From Phoronis australis (taxonomy: Eukaryota; Animalia; Phoronida), in the NCBI GenBank assembly GCA_002633005.1, contig NMRA01000145.1, positions 399,898 through 463,897 on the forward strand: a stretch of DNA of 64,000 bases. The letters are read 5' to 3'. Numbering within the stretch: position 1 is the first letter of the stretch; each line of letters opens with the position of its first letter. Below are positions 1-16,200 of this stretch, piece by piece. Below the pieces are notes generated by a model. That model worked only from the letters and a program-made list of their open reading frames with translations. It made no database searches and was not told the origin of the DNA. The position numbers and the translations under genes are program-made.

Positions 1-224
1 CCTATAGACTATTTGAGGTACTCTTGTGAAGTGAAGATAACCAGTCGCATATTTTTCGACAACAAGTAAAATATCGGATGTGAACGGCTATGACTTTGTT
101 GTATTTTTGCATCTGCTATGTTTATATTTTCTTAGATAAGTGGTGTGACCCAGTTCGTCGTTATGACATTCTAAATGATGACAGCATTGTAAGTGTGAGA
201 TTTGGTATCAATATCACATTCTAG

Positions 225-3463
<3,239 letters not shown>

Positions 3464-5068
3464 AGACATTTTACACTTCAAGTGGCATTTTTTCATTGCT
3501 GTAATTATTGTTTTGTATGCGAAGCAAATCTTCACCGATTGCTATTAGTATGGTGTACGAGTCCCAGAAAATGAAACCTGTTGTTCAGTTGTCGAATTAA
3601 AAATATTCTTTTCAGTGGGACCATTATGTGTATGCAGAACTTGAACTTGTCTGATGATATAAATCCTTAATATATATAATAGTGTGGTTGCGTTTTATTA
3701 CAATTCATTTTGACGCCCATGACATCCAGGTTAAACATTGAACTGCGACGCACATGCAGTCAGTTGCAAATGTAATGAAATTTTAGGTTTATTGACTTAA
3801 CATTTGTCAACAGGAATCCTTATTCGATGTTCTATTTAAATCTACATTTTTCCTCGTTCCCGGTCACTCAGTATGATGCAAAATGGCTACTTCACGTATC
3901 ATTTGATGAGTTTGTGTCTGAGTGGTTAAATTGTTTTCAACTGTTGTGCAAGTATTGCTGCCACTCTCTGGGTCAGCTAGTACTGTACACGTCAAAATTA
4001 ATTACTGAACAAACTGACCCGGAATTACTCATCATGACTGGCTGTCAAAATGGTGTTGTGTTCGGAGTACTTGTAATTTACATAGTGTAATCTTTAAATA
4101 AAACAACAAAAATTGCCTCATGGACAGCTTTAAATAAAGTTTGAAGGTATAGGTATGAAAAGACGTCAAGTGTCTGTATCAATTAGCTTTTAACTACCAG
4201 AATGTCACAATGCAGTTATTTGAACTGTTAATGGAGATACAGAACGTTGTTTATTCAACAAAAATTATGAAAACGAGCAGAACTGGGTTTAGATAACGCA
4301 ACGCTTAACATACTCCAGGTTTTTAGATTTACAATACCAGAAACTGCAAGGTTTTGACAATTATTAAGGTTACGTCATTCCTAACTAAAAATCGTTTACA
4401 GAGAGAATTTGATTATTTACATGTATAACAACCTGCCATTCAGTGAGTCACATGACCGTGTCATTAAAATAATTTACCTGCAAAAATGTACATTCACGTC
4501 AAAACTATGGTATCAATAATGTGTTATCAAAATGCCTCGATATAAATTTCAAGATGATGTTTCAAAAATGTTGTATAGGTTTTTAGATTATCTCATTTTA
4601 GTTTCAAGCAAACCTTTCATAAAAATTATAAAAAAATTCATAATTATGAAAATCCAAATTTTTATAGCTCCTCATGCCAAAGTGGAACGATTCAAAAAAC
4701 GACTCCTTTTCAATTCTTAGACGGAGTTAACTACGTAGAAAGTAGTATCATTTGAATCCAAACACTTGTCTACGACAATGTTCTGAAGTTAACAAAGTTT
4801 GAACATTTTGTAAGGCTCTTGTAAAACCTTGAGAAATAAAATCAAAATATGAAAATAGTTTCTTGCGTACATTTTCCTTTATAAAGATGTCACTAGATAC
4901 ATCTAATTTTTCAATAAACTGTACTAATGGAGGTTAACACCCATTATGGGCTTGCTGTTCACCATTAATCTACACTACCGAGTGCATTGTCTTCGTGAAC
5001 ACCCATTTCATCAAAATGGGAGACTTAAACAGCAACTTAGCGACTGGTCACGTGGGACCGGATAGCTG

Positions 5069-5470
5069 NNNNNNNNNNNNNNNNNNNNNNNNNNNNNNNN
5101 NNNNNNNNNNNNNNNNNNNNNNNNNNNNNNNNNNNNNNNNNNNNNNNNNNNNNNNNNNNNNNNNNNNNNNNNNNNNNNNNNNNNNNNNNNNNNNNNNNNN
5201 NNNNNNNNNNNNNNNNNNNNNNNNNNNNNNNNNNNNNNNNNNNNNNNNNNNNNNNNNNNNNNNNNNNNNNNNNNNNNNNNNNNNNNNNNNNNNNNNNNNN
5301 NNNNNNNNNNNNNNNNNNNNNNNNNNNNNNNNNNNNNNNNNNNNNNNNNNNNNNNNNNNNNNNNNNNNNNNNNNNNNNNNNNNNNNNNNNNNNNNNNNNN
5401 NNNNNNNNNNNNNNNNNNNNNNNNNNNNNNNNNNNNNNNNNNNNNNNNNNNNNNNNNNNNNNNNNNNNNN
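5069..5470. other. Assembly gap (402 N)
   Basis: Run of N bases. Confidence 1.
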
Positions 5471-5914
5471 TGCGGCACACAAGTACCCGAGTTTCAACAA
5501 AATTTCATGTAAAAGGGTCAGTTTTAGGCCTGGGCACATTCAAAGTTTAGGGTTTGATTTTTACCTTAAGACACATTTTTATGAAATTTCACTGTATTGT
5601 GATGCGAAAGTGGGGGCATTTTTTTAGTGTCACTTTATTGAGGTGTCACATCGATGAACTACCAAAACCGTTTTTTACATGGTGCAATAGTACGCAGGAA
5701 CTCATGCTTCAGCCTGTGAAATCCTGAAGGGCATAGCGAGAAATAACATCACCTGGGTATAGGAGATGGATTGTTTATGTGCTGCATCTTTATTTTTATG
5801 AGACGGACTTCTGGATACTGATATGCAGTCCTGTAAGGGATAAAATATGACCATAATTATGATTTTGTGTCAAAAATGCGGTAAATTGAGTTCCATATAT
5901 TCCGTCTTTTCTAG

Positions 5915-6881
5915 ACATCAACAAATTCTTATGGATGGTCCGTATCGGCGGTAGCACAGATCGCGGGGCACACATCAAAGAGACAGACTACTACACCCCA
6001 CAGGGCGAGTTCCGAGTGGACAAAGAGGGCTCACCGACCCTGCTCAACTGTCTCATGTACAAGATGTGTTATTACAGATTTGGACAAGTCTACACAGAGG
6101 GAAGTAAGTAGACTGGAGTTTGATTCGAAGTTGTAAACTCTTCTGTTTCAATAGCATACATGTCGTTAGTTATGGCGTTAGTGCTGTCAGTTGTGTTCAC
6201 ATGTCCTGTCACTGTCACTTTGATGTGTCATAAATTTGCTTGTCTTGTCATCTTGACAATAACTTAGTACGCAGGTCAGAAATTTGGTCCGAGACTCCAC
6301 GTAACTAATTTTTGTAAAATAATTATATTCCACTTTTAACAAAACTAGAAAGTCTTTGAGAATTTACTCATAAGTGGTAGTTACTGAGACAATTTGCCTA
6401 TAAAATTATTTTAGACAGTGATATGCTATTACTAATGGCTAAACCTCGTTTCAATTGTGAAGTGGGTGCTTAGGACCAAGTTTCTGACTTTTTGTATCTC
6501 TCATTTTGTCTGGTAGATAGCAATGTTAAGTTTCTCAAGAAACTCCCACCGTTTGCTGTAATTTACAAATGATTTTTATGTACCAATTTCCAACCACACA
6601 AAAAACTGGTTGCTGAGGACGATTTCCGTTATGAACGTTCAACCTCAAGTGGTTAAACTGATTTTAGTTTCAGCACTAGCAAGTTTCTTTTTGATTGAGA
6701 GATTTCACGTTTTGTGCTCGTACTGCTAATTTCAGGTAAACCCACTGGATACGACCGTGTTAGGAACGTAGAGATTGGAAACAAAAATTTTGAGCTCGAC
6801 GTCCTAGAAGAGGCTTACACGACAGAACACTGGCTTGTCAGAATTTACAAAGTAAAAGATCTCGAAAACAGAGGAAGTTAG
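5915..6881 (+). CDS. STT3A: Second copy of the two terminal STT3A exons (likely allelic assembly duplicate)
   Basis: Exons 5915-6103 (189 nt) and 6736-6881 (146 nt) have the same lengths, splice sites and protein as 2499-2687 and 3318-3463. The differences I saw are synonymous (ACG/ACA, TAT/TAC, GTG/GTT, GTG/GTA). Confidence 0.85.
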
Positions 6882-8404
6882 AGACATTTTACATTTCAAG
6901 TGGCATTTTTTCATTGCTGTAATTATTGTTTTGTATGCAAAGCAAATCTTCACCGATTGCTATTAGTATGGTGTACGAGTCCCAGAAAACGAAACCTGTT
7001 GTTCAATTGTCGAATTGAAAATATTCTTTTCAGTGGGACCATTATGTGTATACAGAACTTGAACTTGTCTGATGATATAAATCCTTAATATATAATAGTT
7101 TGGTTGCGTTTTATTACAATTCATTTTGACGCCCATGACATCCAAGTTAAACCTTGAACTGCAACACACATGCAATCAGTTGCAAATGTAATGAAATTTT
7201 AGGTTTATTGACTTAACATTTGTCAACAGGAATCCTTATACGATGTTCTATTTAAATGTACATTTTTCCTCGTTCCCGGTCACTCAGTATGATGCAAAAT
7301 GGCTACTTCACGTATCATTTGATGAGTTTGTGTCTGAGTGGTTAAATTGTTTTCATCTGTTGTGCAAGTATTGCTGCCACTCTCTGGGTCAGCCAGTACT
7401 GTACACGTCAAAATTAATTACTGAACAAACTGACCCGGAATTACCGGTCATGACTGGCTGTCAAAATGGTGTTGTGTTCGGAGTACTTGTAATTTACATA
7501 GTGTAATCTTTAAATAAAGCTACAAAAGTTGTCTCATGGACAGCTTTAAATAAAGTTTGAAGGTATAGGTAGGAAAAGACATCAAGTGTCTGTATCAATT
7601 AACTTTTAACTACAAGAATGTCACAATGCAGTTATTTAAACTGTTAATGGAGATACAGAATGTTGTTTATTCAACGAAAATTATGAAAACGAGCAGAACT
7701 GGGTTTAGATAACGCAACGCTTAACATACTCCATCTTTTTAGCTTTACATTACCAGAATCTGCAAGGTTTTGACAATTATTAAGGTTATGTCATTCCTAA
7801 CTAAAAATCGTTTAGAATTTGATTATACCAACCTGCCATTCAGTGAGTCACATGACCGTGTCATTAAAATAATTTACCTCCAAAAATGTACATTCACATC
7901 AAAACTGGTATTTGTAATCAAAATGCCTCGATATAAATTTCAAGATGATGTTTCAAAAATGTTGTATAGCTTTTTAGATTATCCTATTTTAGTTTCAAGC
8001 AACCCTTTCATAAAAATTATAAAAAACGTTCATAATTATGAAAATCCAAATTTTTATAGCTCCTCATGCTTAAGTGGAACGATTAAAAAAACGACTCCTT
8101 TTCAATTCTTAGACGGATTTAACTGCGTAGAAAGTAGTATCATTTGAATCCAAACGTTTGTCTACGACAATGTTCTGAAGGTAACAAAGTTTGATCATTT
8201 TGTAAGGCTCTTGTATAACCTTGAGAAGTAAAATCAAAATATGAGAATAGTTTCTTGCGTATATTTTCCTTTATAAAGATGTCACTAGATACATCTAATT
8301 TTTCAATAAACCGTACTAATGGAGGTTAACACCCATTCTGGGCTTGCTGTTCACCATTAATTTACACTACCGAGTGCATTGTCTTGGTGAACACCCATTT
8401 CATC

Positions 8405-8680
8405 AAAATAGCGAGACTTAAATAGCAACTTAGCGACTGGTCACGTGGGACCGGATACCTGTGGCCTCTTGGAGGACGATGAGGCATTCTACAACTTGTT
8501 TAAACACATTCCGTGTCATCACATTCACTGTAAAAGGGTCTTTTCACGAAGTCAAAACTGTTCCCCGATGCCACCCACTGCGAATATAAAGAAACTTATG
8601 GTACAGCTAGGTGGTGATACAAGTCACCGGTCCCACGTGATCAACCCCCATTGCTTCCTGAAAGTCTCCGATTTTAGCTC
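8405..8680. repeat. Degenerate inverted repeat with paired TCACGTGGGACCGG cores, probably inside a non-autonomous DNA transposon
   Basis: TCACGTGGGACCGG at 8441-8454 and its reverse complement CCGGTCCCACGTGA at 8627-8640. Weaker complementarity extends about 35 bp outward (AAAAT..GAGACTT..AGCAA). Confidence 0.6.
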
Positions 8681-9300
8681 CAAATAAAACGCAACCTACA
8701 TACTTATGAGTAACTATCAGTTTTGGTAGAGCCATGTCTTAGGTTCTTACAATCTGTGACTACGAATATGACATTAACATTTAGTATTCTCCACTTCAAA
8801 CAATTAAATTCTCTCTTTCCATGTTTTGAAGGCTGATAACTGCCAACAATGGAAATTTTACCAAAAGTCGTTGATGATATTTATGCAGAACAAACCATGC
8901 TAACACTAGATAAAAATTTTCTAAATTTTTATTTCTGCAGAGAAATTTTTACAAAATTGAATTGTGTGCTAAATAACAGAATTCCCTTAAAAGTTCCTGG
9001 ATATTAACCCAATTGACCGTTCAGGTACACACATACCCCAGACTTCTCAAAAAATTGTTTTTAAACACCCATGCTCAATTTAACATCCCCCTGATTTTTA
9101 GTACAGCAATTTTCCCTGGTTGTGAGGTAACACGGATCACATTTTTTGGCCAAAATATGAGTAAGAAAGTTAAAATCAGCGAATATGTAGACAACGTATT
9201 AATTGACATTTCAGTTAAGAGACAATAAACCGAAAACGTTAATACAGTGTCGTTGTTTACATATACCTAGATTATAAACTTCGTACTAACATGTACCAGT

Positions 9301-9567
9301 ACGGTACATTCACGGCAACAGCGCAATTCATTCTGGACTTTGCTCACCGACCAGCATGGTACATTCAAGCTATCAGTGAAAGTCATTCTGGATTGTATTC
9401 ACAGACTTGTACGGTACATTCAAGGCAACGGCGCAATTCATTCTGGACTGTGCTCACCGACCAGTGTGGTACATTCAAGCTATCAGTGAAAGTCATTCTG
9501 GACTGTATTCACGGAACAGTACAGTACATTCAAGCCAACCGAGCAATTCATTCTGAACTGTATTCAC
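9301..9567. repeat. Minisatellite with a 55-bp period and alternating A/B units (110-bp higher-order repeat)
   Basis: GGTACATTCA anchors at about 9303, 9358, 9413, 9468 and 9523. Units 1/3/5 resemble each other, as do units 2/4. Confidence 0.85.
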
Positions 9568-10152
9568 TGTATCAAGTGCTATATCGACAGCCAAGTTCAA
9601 ACCAGGACAAAATAATGTCTTTCAAATGTGACCACAGTATAACCAAACAAGAAAATGTTAACCTGCCTTATTTCATGATTTTTGTGACCATCCTCCATTA
9701 AAGTAACTATAAACCAGTCTTCCATCACAAAAAATTAATCTCGTGAAATTTGGTCTTAAATTATTCCTGAGTGAAATTGGAAGGGATATCAGGGCTATGT
9801 CGGAAAGAGCTAGCAGTTTGTTATCGCTCGAGATCAGTCCCTACAGGTTGTCTTGTCACGGTGTGACATTTTATGCACTTATTAAGGCAGTAAGGAATAA
9901 CGAGCTGTTGGATGTTTGCAAGCCCAGAAATTATTTATCATCTGAATAAGGAATAAGTTGATATGAATTTTGAAGTGGTACATGTGAGTGGTTGGAATCA
10001 AACGTTTAATTCGTGGATAGAATGTGGGTTCAGTTGATAGCTGCTTTTAATCACAACATTCAACACTTGCCGTTATGTGAAATGGCACATCCCAAGCAGT
10101 CTCGCAACTTAAACAATGCTCAATATAACTTTCAACATTCAAACATTAATAG

Positions 10153-11325
10153 TTAAATAAAAAGTTCTTTATACTTTTTCTCAGGTAAAAGCATTTGTCG
10201 TAAGAGAGTTATCTCACTGCTGGTAGAGAGACTATCATCTGTCAATTCATGGTATCGTCTTTTTAGTTTCTCCAAGCTGTGAGTGAACACGTCTCTTTGA
10301 CAGATAGCTGTGGAAGAAAATCTACAATCGTCCAGCAGGAAGTCCAACAAATTTTTTAATCTGTGAACATGAATCCTTTTCAAACCAGAATGCTTTCTGA
10401 ACATGCTGTCAACTTCACTTTCGGGCAAATTTAAGCGAAGTTTCAGATATTCTTTGGCACTCTTCCGCAGCGCTTCTTCTGACGAATATTTCAGGGCTCT
10501 CGATTTGATGTCTGGTGCAACCGAGAGTGCAAGTTTGATGAGATTTTTTGATTCAGAAATGTTCAACTCTTTGGCCAGCTCCATTCTCTCAACCACCCAA
10601 GTTAAAGAATGCTTCAAAAGATTTGGTTTCTTAAGGATACTGTCAAGAGGAATTCCATTTCCAGAAAGCACTTGAATGACATTGTGAAGGTCACTCACAT
10701 GTCGAGTCAACAGGTGCTTGTGACCTTGGTGACCTAATGTCATAAGAGTCTCAACAGTGCATCCAAGCATGGCTGCTACACATGTGTTTCTGTCTGGGTA
10801 GTTCTTCAACAAAACAACATCATTCTCCAGAGTCTTTATAAAGTTTTGAAGGTGATGATGATCCATTTTTAGAACATTCGTGGTGACCAGCTTGTGTTGA
10901 AAAAATGGTTTGAATTGGTCCAATCTTTCTCTTATTTTGAACTGGCTAAAGTAAAGCCATATAGCATTACTCAGCAAATCTTCTCTTGTGAATCCGTAAC
11001 TATAAAGTAGCTGAACTTTCTCATCCAAAATTCTAAGGTTACGACTTGTGAGGATAGTGTTATCACGTTTTATGAATTCTTTCATGTCATCTTCGGAACA
11101 TCGAAAAATCTGCACTAGCTCATCAAAACACGGTCTGTGTTCATCAACTAGATCGTCAATTATTTTTGAACATTCATCATAAGGTATTCTCCTTGATAGT
11201 GTTGCCATGCCTCTAGTTGTCAAACCTAATTTTACCAGGGACAACTGTTGAACACGTTTCGCCACAAACCACATCATTCGGTTGGGGCTACGGCTCAGAG
11301 TAAAACGAAATAGCTGAATCAACAT
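10153..11325 (-). CDS. Mitochondrial transcription termination factor (mTERF) family protein, single coding exon, about 390 aa
   Basis: Long stop-free ORF. An acceptor (TATTTTGCAG ending at 11331) precedes the ATG at 11325, so the ORF-track start at 11424 is probably intronic. The N-terminus is R/S/L-rich and acid-poor like a mitochondrial presequence. Repeated Leu-rich helical units (EKVQLLYSYGFTREDL, VIQVLSGNGIPLDSILKKPNLLKHS, LKNLLDFLLDDCRFSSTAICQRDVFTHSLEKLKRR) resemble mTERF motifs. The paralogue was not assigned. Confidence 0.72.
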   Translation of the reverse strand: MLIQLFRFTLSRSPNRMMWFVAKRVQQLSLVKLGLTTRGMATLSRRIPYDECSKIIDDLVDEHRPCFDELVQIFRCSEDDMKEFIKRDNTILTSRNLRILDEKVQLLYSYGFTREDLLSNAIWLYFSQFKIRERLDQFKPFFQHKLVTTNVLKMDHHHLQNFIKTLENDVVLLKNYPDRNTCVAAMLGCTVETLMTLGHQGHKHLLTRHVSDLHNVIQVLSGNGIPLDSILKKPNLLKHSLTWVVERMELAKELNISESKNLIKLALSVAPDIKSRALKYSSEEALRKSAKEYLKLRLNLPESEVDSMFRKHSGLKRIHVHRLKNLLDFLLDDCRFSSTAICQRDVFTHSLEKLKRRYHELTDDSLSTSSEITLLRQMLLPEKKYKELFI

Positions 11326-12106
11326 CTCACCTGCAAAATAAGAAAATGTTAAACAACTTTTAAATACTGAGTGCACAAGCACATAAAGCGAGTCGTCAGT
11401 CTCAAAACAAAGTGCCCGTGACATGCGCTTACATGACCATTTGCTTGTTGGTTTGATAAAGTGATATTTTACATAAGCTGGTCATAGTGACAACTTCAGT
11501 TCGCCGAAGCAAAATTTGCACCAAAATAAGAAAAGTACTGTCAAAATAACCACTACCAATTCAGTCTTGGCCAAACAGTTTGGACGACAGGCTCACACAC
11601 TGGAGATACCATGCTCAAGTCTCCGTATTGGTGGTTTTTTCAGTTGGTGCGAGGGTGTTACTGTCGACACTGTAGTACTACTAATAGTACTAGTCTAAGT
11701 AATAGTCTAGTAACTCTACTAGTCTCTAGTAGTAGGAAAAAACAAAAGCCAGTGTCTTCCTGATGTAATGGACTTAGCGTTAAAACAAACGCTACATACT
11801 AATTATGATAGGCAATTCTCAGATACACATACAGTCCCTGATTTAGAAAACCATGCAAGCACTGAATAACGGGCTAGTTATTCAGGATCCTATTCTTATA
11901 CCCAACATAGAAGTGGTCAACAAATGTGAAGACTGGGCGCTGCCATACTGTCAACACTAGCGTCACCTTTTGTAAAACATAGTGTGCCACCTGTTGGCAA
12001 CCAGTGTGGTTTATGTATGAGCTACGGTCTCTGGTATGAGCCTATGTTGTACGTGAACTTGGAATCCTGGAACACAAATGCAGCAAGCGGGCAGCAACCG
12101 GATTCT

Positions 12107-13255
12107 TTGCGGCAAACAAGCCGCAACGTATTCAAGAGTTTGCTACTAGACACAAATCAGTGCACATTGCTGCAATTATCCCGGATTCTTAATCATGTTT
12201 TAAGACATAAGTTCGATGTATTTGACTGTACAAGCATGGCAGTACAGATTGGAGTAAAAGTCGTCTCTGAATATTTTTAAAATTAGCGTCTGAGGAACGT
12301 ATGATGTTTCCAGGCCCTGGCCTAGAAATCCGTAGCCTAACACCAACGAGCCCTGCCGCCTCTTTGGAAGTCCAGCCATCCATCCATTATTTTCGCGCAA
12401 TCGCTCGTCAAGCTGGAAAGGTCACCCGGTACGTTTGACGTCATAAGCAGTGATCCAATGAGTGATCGGGGGGAATCCTCCATTGTTCATATCACTTAGG
12501 CGTCAGTATTGAGGTCGTACCTGAATGCTTTTATCAATGGTTCTGTCGTGCGTGTGTGGTGGTTGCAGCAACACACGATATAATCCAGCAGTGGCCCTTT
12601 TTTCGTTTCCCAAAGACGCCGCTACTGCCAGGAAATGGTACAAGTTCGTGTGCGAGACCCGCGTTTGGAATACTAGTTNTTGCGGCAAACAAGCCGCAAC
12701 GTATTCAAGAGTTTGCTACTAGACACAAATCAGTGCACATTGCTGCAATTATCCCGGATTCTTAATCATGTTTTAAGACATAAGTTCGATGTATTTGACT
12801 GTACAAGCATGGCAGTACAGATTGGAGTAAAAGTCGTCTCTGAATATTTTTAAAATTAGCGTCTGAGGAACGTATGATGTTTCCAGGCCCTGGCCTAGAA
12901 ATCCGTAGCCTAACACCAACGAGCCCTGCCGCCTCTGACTTTGGAAGTCCAGCCATTCATCCATTATTTTCGCGCAATCGCTCGTCAAGCTGGAAAGGTC
13001 ACCCGGTACGTTTAACGTCATAAGCAGTGATCCAGTGAGTGATCGGGGGGAATCCTCCATTGTTCAGATCGTTTAGGCGTCAGTATTGAGGCCGTACCTG
13101 AATGCTTTTATCAATGGTTCTGTCGTGCGTGTGTGGTGGTTGCAGCAACACACGATATAACCCAGCAGTGGCCCTTTTTTCGTTTCCCAAAGACGCCGCT
13201 ACTGCCAGGAAATGGTACAAGTTCGTGTGCGAGACCCGCGTTTGGAATACTAGTT
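12107..13255 (+). repeat. Tandem duplication of about 573 bp (12107-12678 vs 12680-13255) joined by a single N, likely contig-overlap artefact
   Basis: Near-identical copies with a few SNPs and one 4-bp indel. The junction is the N at 12679, and the first copy truncates THAP exon 1. Confidence 0.9.
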
Positions 13256-16200
13256 TTGAAAAAGCCTTCAATTCTCGAGCAGTTATCTGCTCGGACCACT
13301 TCGAAGACGAGTGCTTTGACAGGTCAGCCTTGTACAAGTTTGAGATGCAAGTGTCGAGAATGTAAGTAATATAACCTGGCCTGACAAAGATTCATATAGG
13401 CCCTACACCGGTTCGAGCACCATATTGAATATTTAATTAGGTAGAGTAAACAAACCATATTCACCAACGTTTCCCAATTTTATGTTAGCAGTAAGCAGGT
13501 GAGTGGTTGAAATAGTAGTTAAGACATGTTGAAACCATTAGATTGTTAAAAGGTGTCCAGATTTATGGCACGCATTCGTTAAAACTACAATTAACATGAA
13601 TTGGAAATTCTTTTTCTGTCTGAAACATGGCATTTAACACGCTTAACCCATGTTTTAGTCCCAGGCCATCTGAAATTAAAAAACAAAATTTTGAGGACCC
13701 ATATTTCATGCATGGCTGATCAATTTACTTCTCCTACCATTAATACCTGTTGATTCAGATTGGAAAGGAAACATTAGAACATTGATCATTATTTCATTTT
13801 TAATTCAATCATGAAATGTTTATTATTAATATTTCATTTTTCAAGTTTATATTTAGCATTGAATTTTCAAATTTTATGCAATGTTTCAGGTTTTAATGTA
13901 TTCAATATTTATTTGTTAAAGTCACTGACCTTGATTTTAGCGAGTGTCCAATAATTGACAGTTCGCAATAAAACCATGGAAAACATTGCTCCCCACTTCA
14001 CAATTGCTGATAAAGGTTTAGTTATACTAGTACATAGTTATGAGCTCATCACTGTCCAGAAATATATAGTAGAAATTCTCTCATTAACTAGGAATTATAC
14101 ATTTATTCTCAGAGGCTGCCCTTTTTCTCACGTGAGATTTAATTATTTTTAGAAATAATCAGTGCACGTGGAGCGCACTTTTGAACAAAGATCAGTCTTA
14201 GTCTTTAAGTCACTTTCCATGAAACAGATCTCAGGTCAAAGCTAATCAGTTTGAAAAGTCAGTTGCATCCAGTAAATCCCAAAAATGTATTTTTCGACTG
14301 TAAGAACGATTGATAGTGTCTCAGTAACAAATCACCAAAGGTTAACCATGTCTTCATCAAAACTCCACCCATTTTTTGTGTAGTTGAAAACCCCCACACT
14401 TTTAATAGGTGGACACTATGCTAACAATGTAAAAATAATTTAAAGTTTTGTTTCAGAAGGCTTAGACTTGTACGGAATGCCGTACCCACCATCACAAAAA
14501 GTTACGCTCAGCGGTTAAATGAGGAAAGGGGAGTACTGGTGAAGAATGCAACTCGGGGAAAACCAGTAAAAAAGGTTGCGCAAGCCAGAGTGAGTATTTC
14601 ATGTAGTCCGACTCCAGTATTATAAGTAAAGAAACATCTATGTTTACATGAACTGGTGCTTATTATTGACTCTTCTTGTATTGATTTTGAAACTGAGGGC
14701 CTCTATAAACTTTGCAATGACATTCCCGTAGTACCTAAATTAAACGCTATACGCTATTTTTTGATTGTTTGTGGTCTATTGTTAATGTGATGGCTTGTCT
14801 CCAGGTCTCTGTTGGCCTGAAAATCTCTGGGCCCAGAAATGCCCTGCTGCTACTGTTATTTTCTTGATGAGTAAATACTCTCAACTTGCTTGAAATAAGG
14901 TAACTTGTGCATAATATATTATAAGCAGTCCCGTCAGTTTCGGTGTACTTTTATTTGCCAGAGTATTTGTGTTATGCAGCCTTGCAACTAGCCATTTTTG
15001 TTTAATGAATATAAAATGAAACATATTTAGCTGTGGTCAATCAGTGCTGTGACAAAAAAATTCCATTGGCATTATTATATTTCCTATATGGTTACTCTTT
15101 ACTTATTTGGCACACAATATGGCTGTCTAGTGAAATTATATTTTGTCAAATTTCTTCACAAAAGTAAAGACTAAGAAAAAACAGTCTATTACTTGCATGT
15201 TTTGTTCTGCATAGATGTCTCATGTTAAAATAACTTTTAGTAAAGTTTCCATTATTAGCAGTAAAGTAATCAGCCTTGAAAAAATGAACATTTTGGCAAT
15301 TATTTTTGAGCAAAATAAGTGGTGATTTAACATAAGTGATTTGTTGTTTTCAGTTGAAGGCTTCTTGTAAGCGACCTGCTGCTGAGGCAGAAGTATCGCG
15401 CACCCCTGTAACTTCAGCTAGTCCACCACTCTCGGGAAGTCACAGCTCGTCCCCTTCGTCATTTTCATCACCAAGCCCTCTCAGGATATCTCCTCAACTG
15501 CAGTCATCACCACTTGACCTCCGCAAAAGGGGGACCGACGAATCTCCAAGGTTGACAAAGGTCAAGGAAGCATTGCCATTTGATCCCTCAGCTCCTAGAC
15601 ATACTTGTCACATGGAGACACAGACAGAGATTACTAGTAAGTTTTTGATTTGATTTGAGAGCGTTAAGTGGAATTTGCCCACTCACAAGCATATGAGTAG
15701 TGGTATCTTTTGAGCAGTAATTGCGGTAGTGCTGACTGCAAAACCTTTGCTCAAATACTAAAAAATGTAAATTGAGTGGATGAAATGCTCTCTGACTGGG
15801 CAATTAACACGGTGGGATCCTAAATATTCTGCAGTTTGAGACAGTCTCTAAAATTTGGGACACCGACTGTTGTCAAGCCAAAAAGGAGTTTTCTTGATTC
15901 TGAAGTTTGGGTCATGCGCTATCTAATTGCCATTTTATGATACTAATAAATCCTTTGAAGCATACCGTATGTGGTGCAGTCGGGGGCACATTTCAACCCT
16001 TGGTGTTGCTCTTTTTAAATTGTGTGGTTTGGCGAAGAGACTTGTTACCTTCATTGCTGTCACATTTAGTATACCTTAGGCGTGCCTATATTCAAAATAC
16101 AGTTATATATCAAAACTTTGGCCAACAACTAAATGCAATAAACAGTTGTATGTGTATGACATGCACAAGTCGGATTTTTTGTTCAACTCCAACAATTGTT

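Noticed and set aside
4995-5627. Four ORFs of 147-210 aa
   Set aside because: They exist only because the N gap contains no stop codons.
9291-9701. 136-aa ORF, and CRISPR-like appearance of the repeat
   Set aside because: The ORF runs through the minisatellite. The units have no unique spacers, there are no cas genes, and the context is eukaryotic.
11326-11424. N-terminal 33 aa of the 423-aa mTERF ORF
   Set aside because: Lies upstream of a good splice acceptor at 11331 and is probably mostly intron.
11670-11735. TAG/CTA-rich quasi-palindromic tract
   Set aside because: Low-complexity sequence with no stable long stem or known motif.
12525-12722. Second THAP gene start
   Set aside because: Truncated at the single N (12679) of a near-identical tandem copy; best explained as contig overlap.
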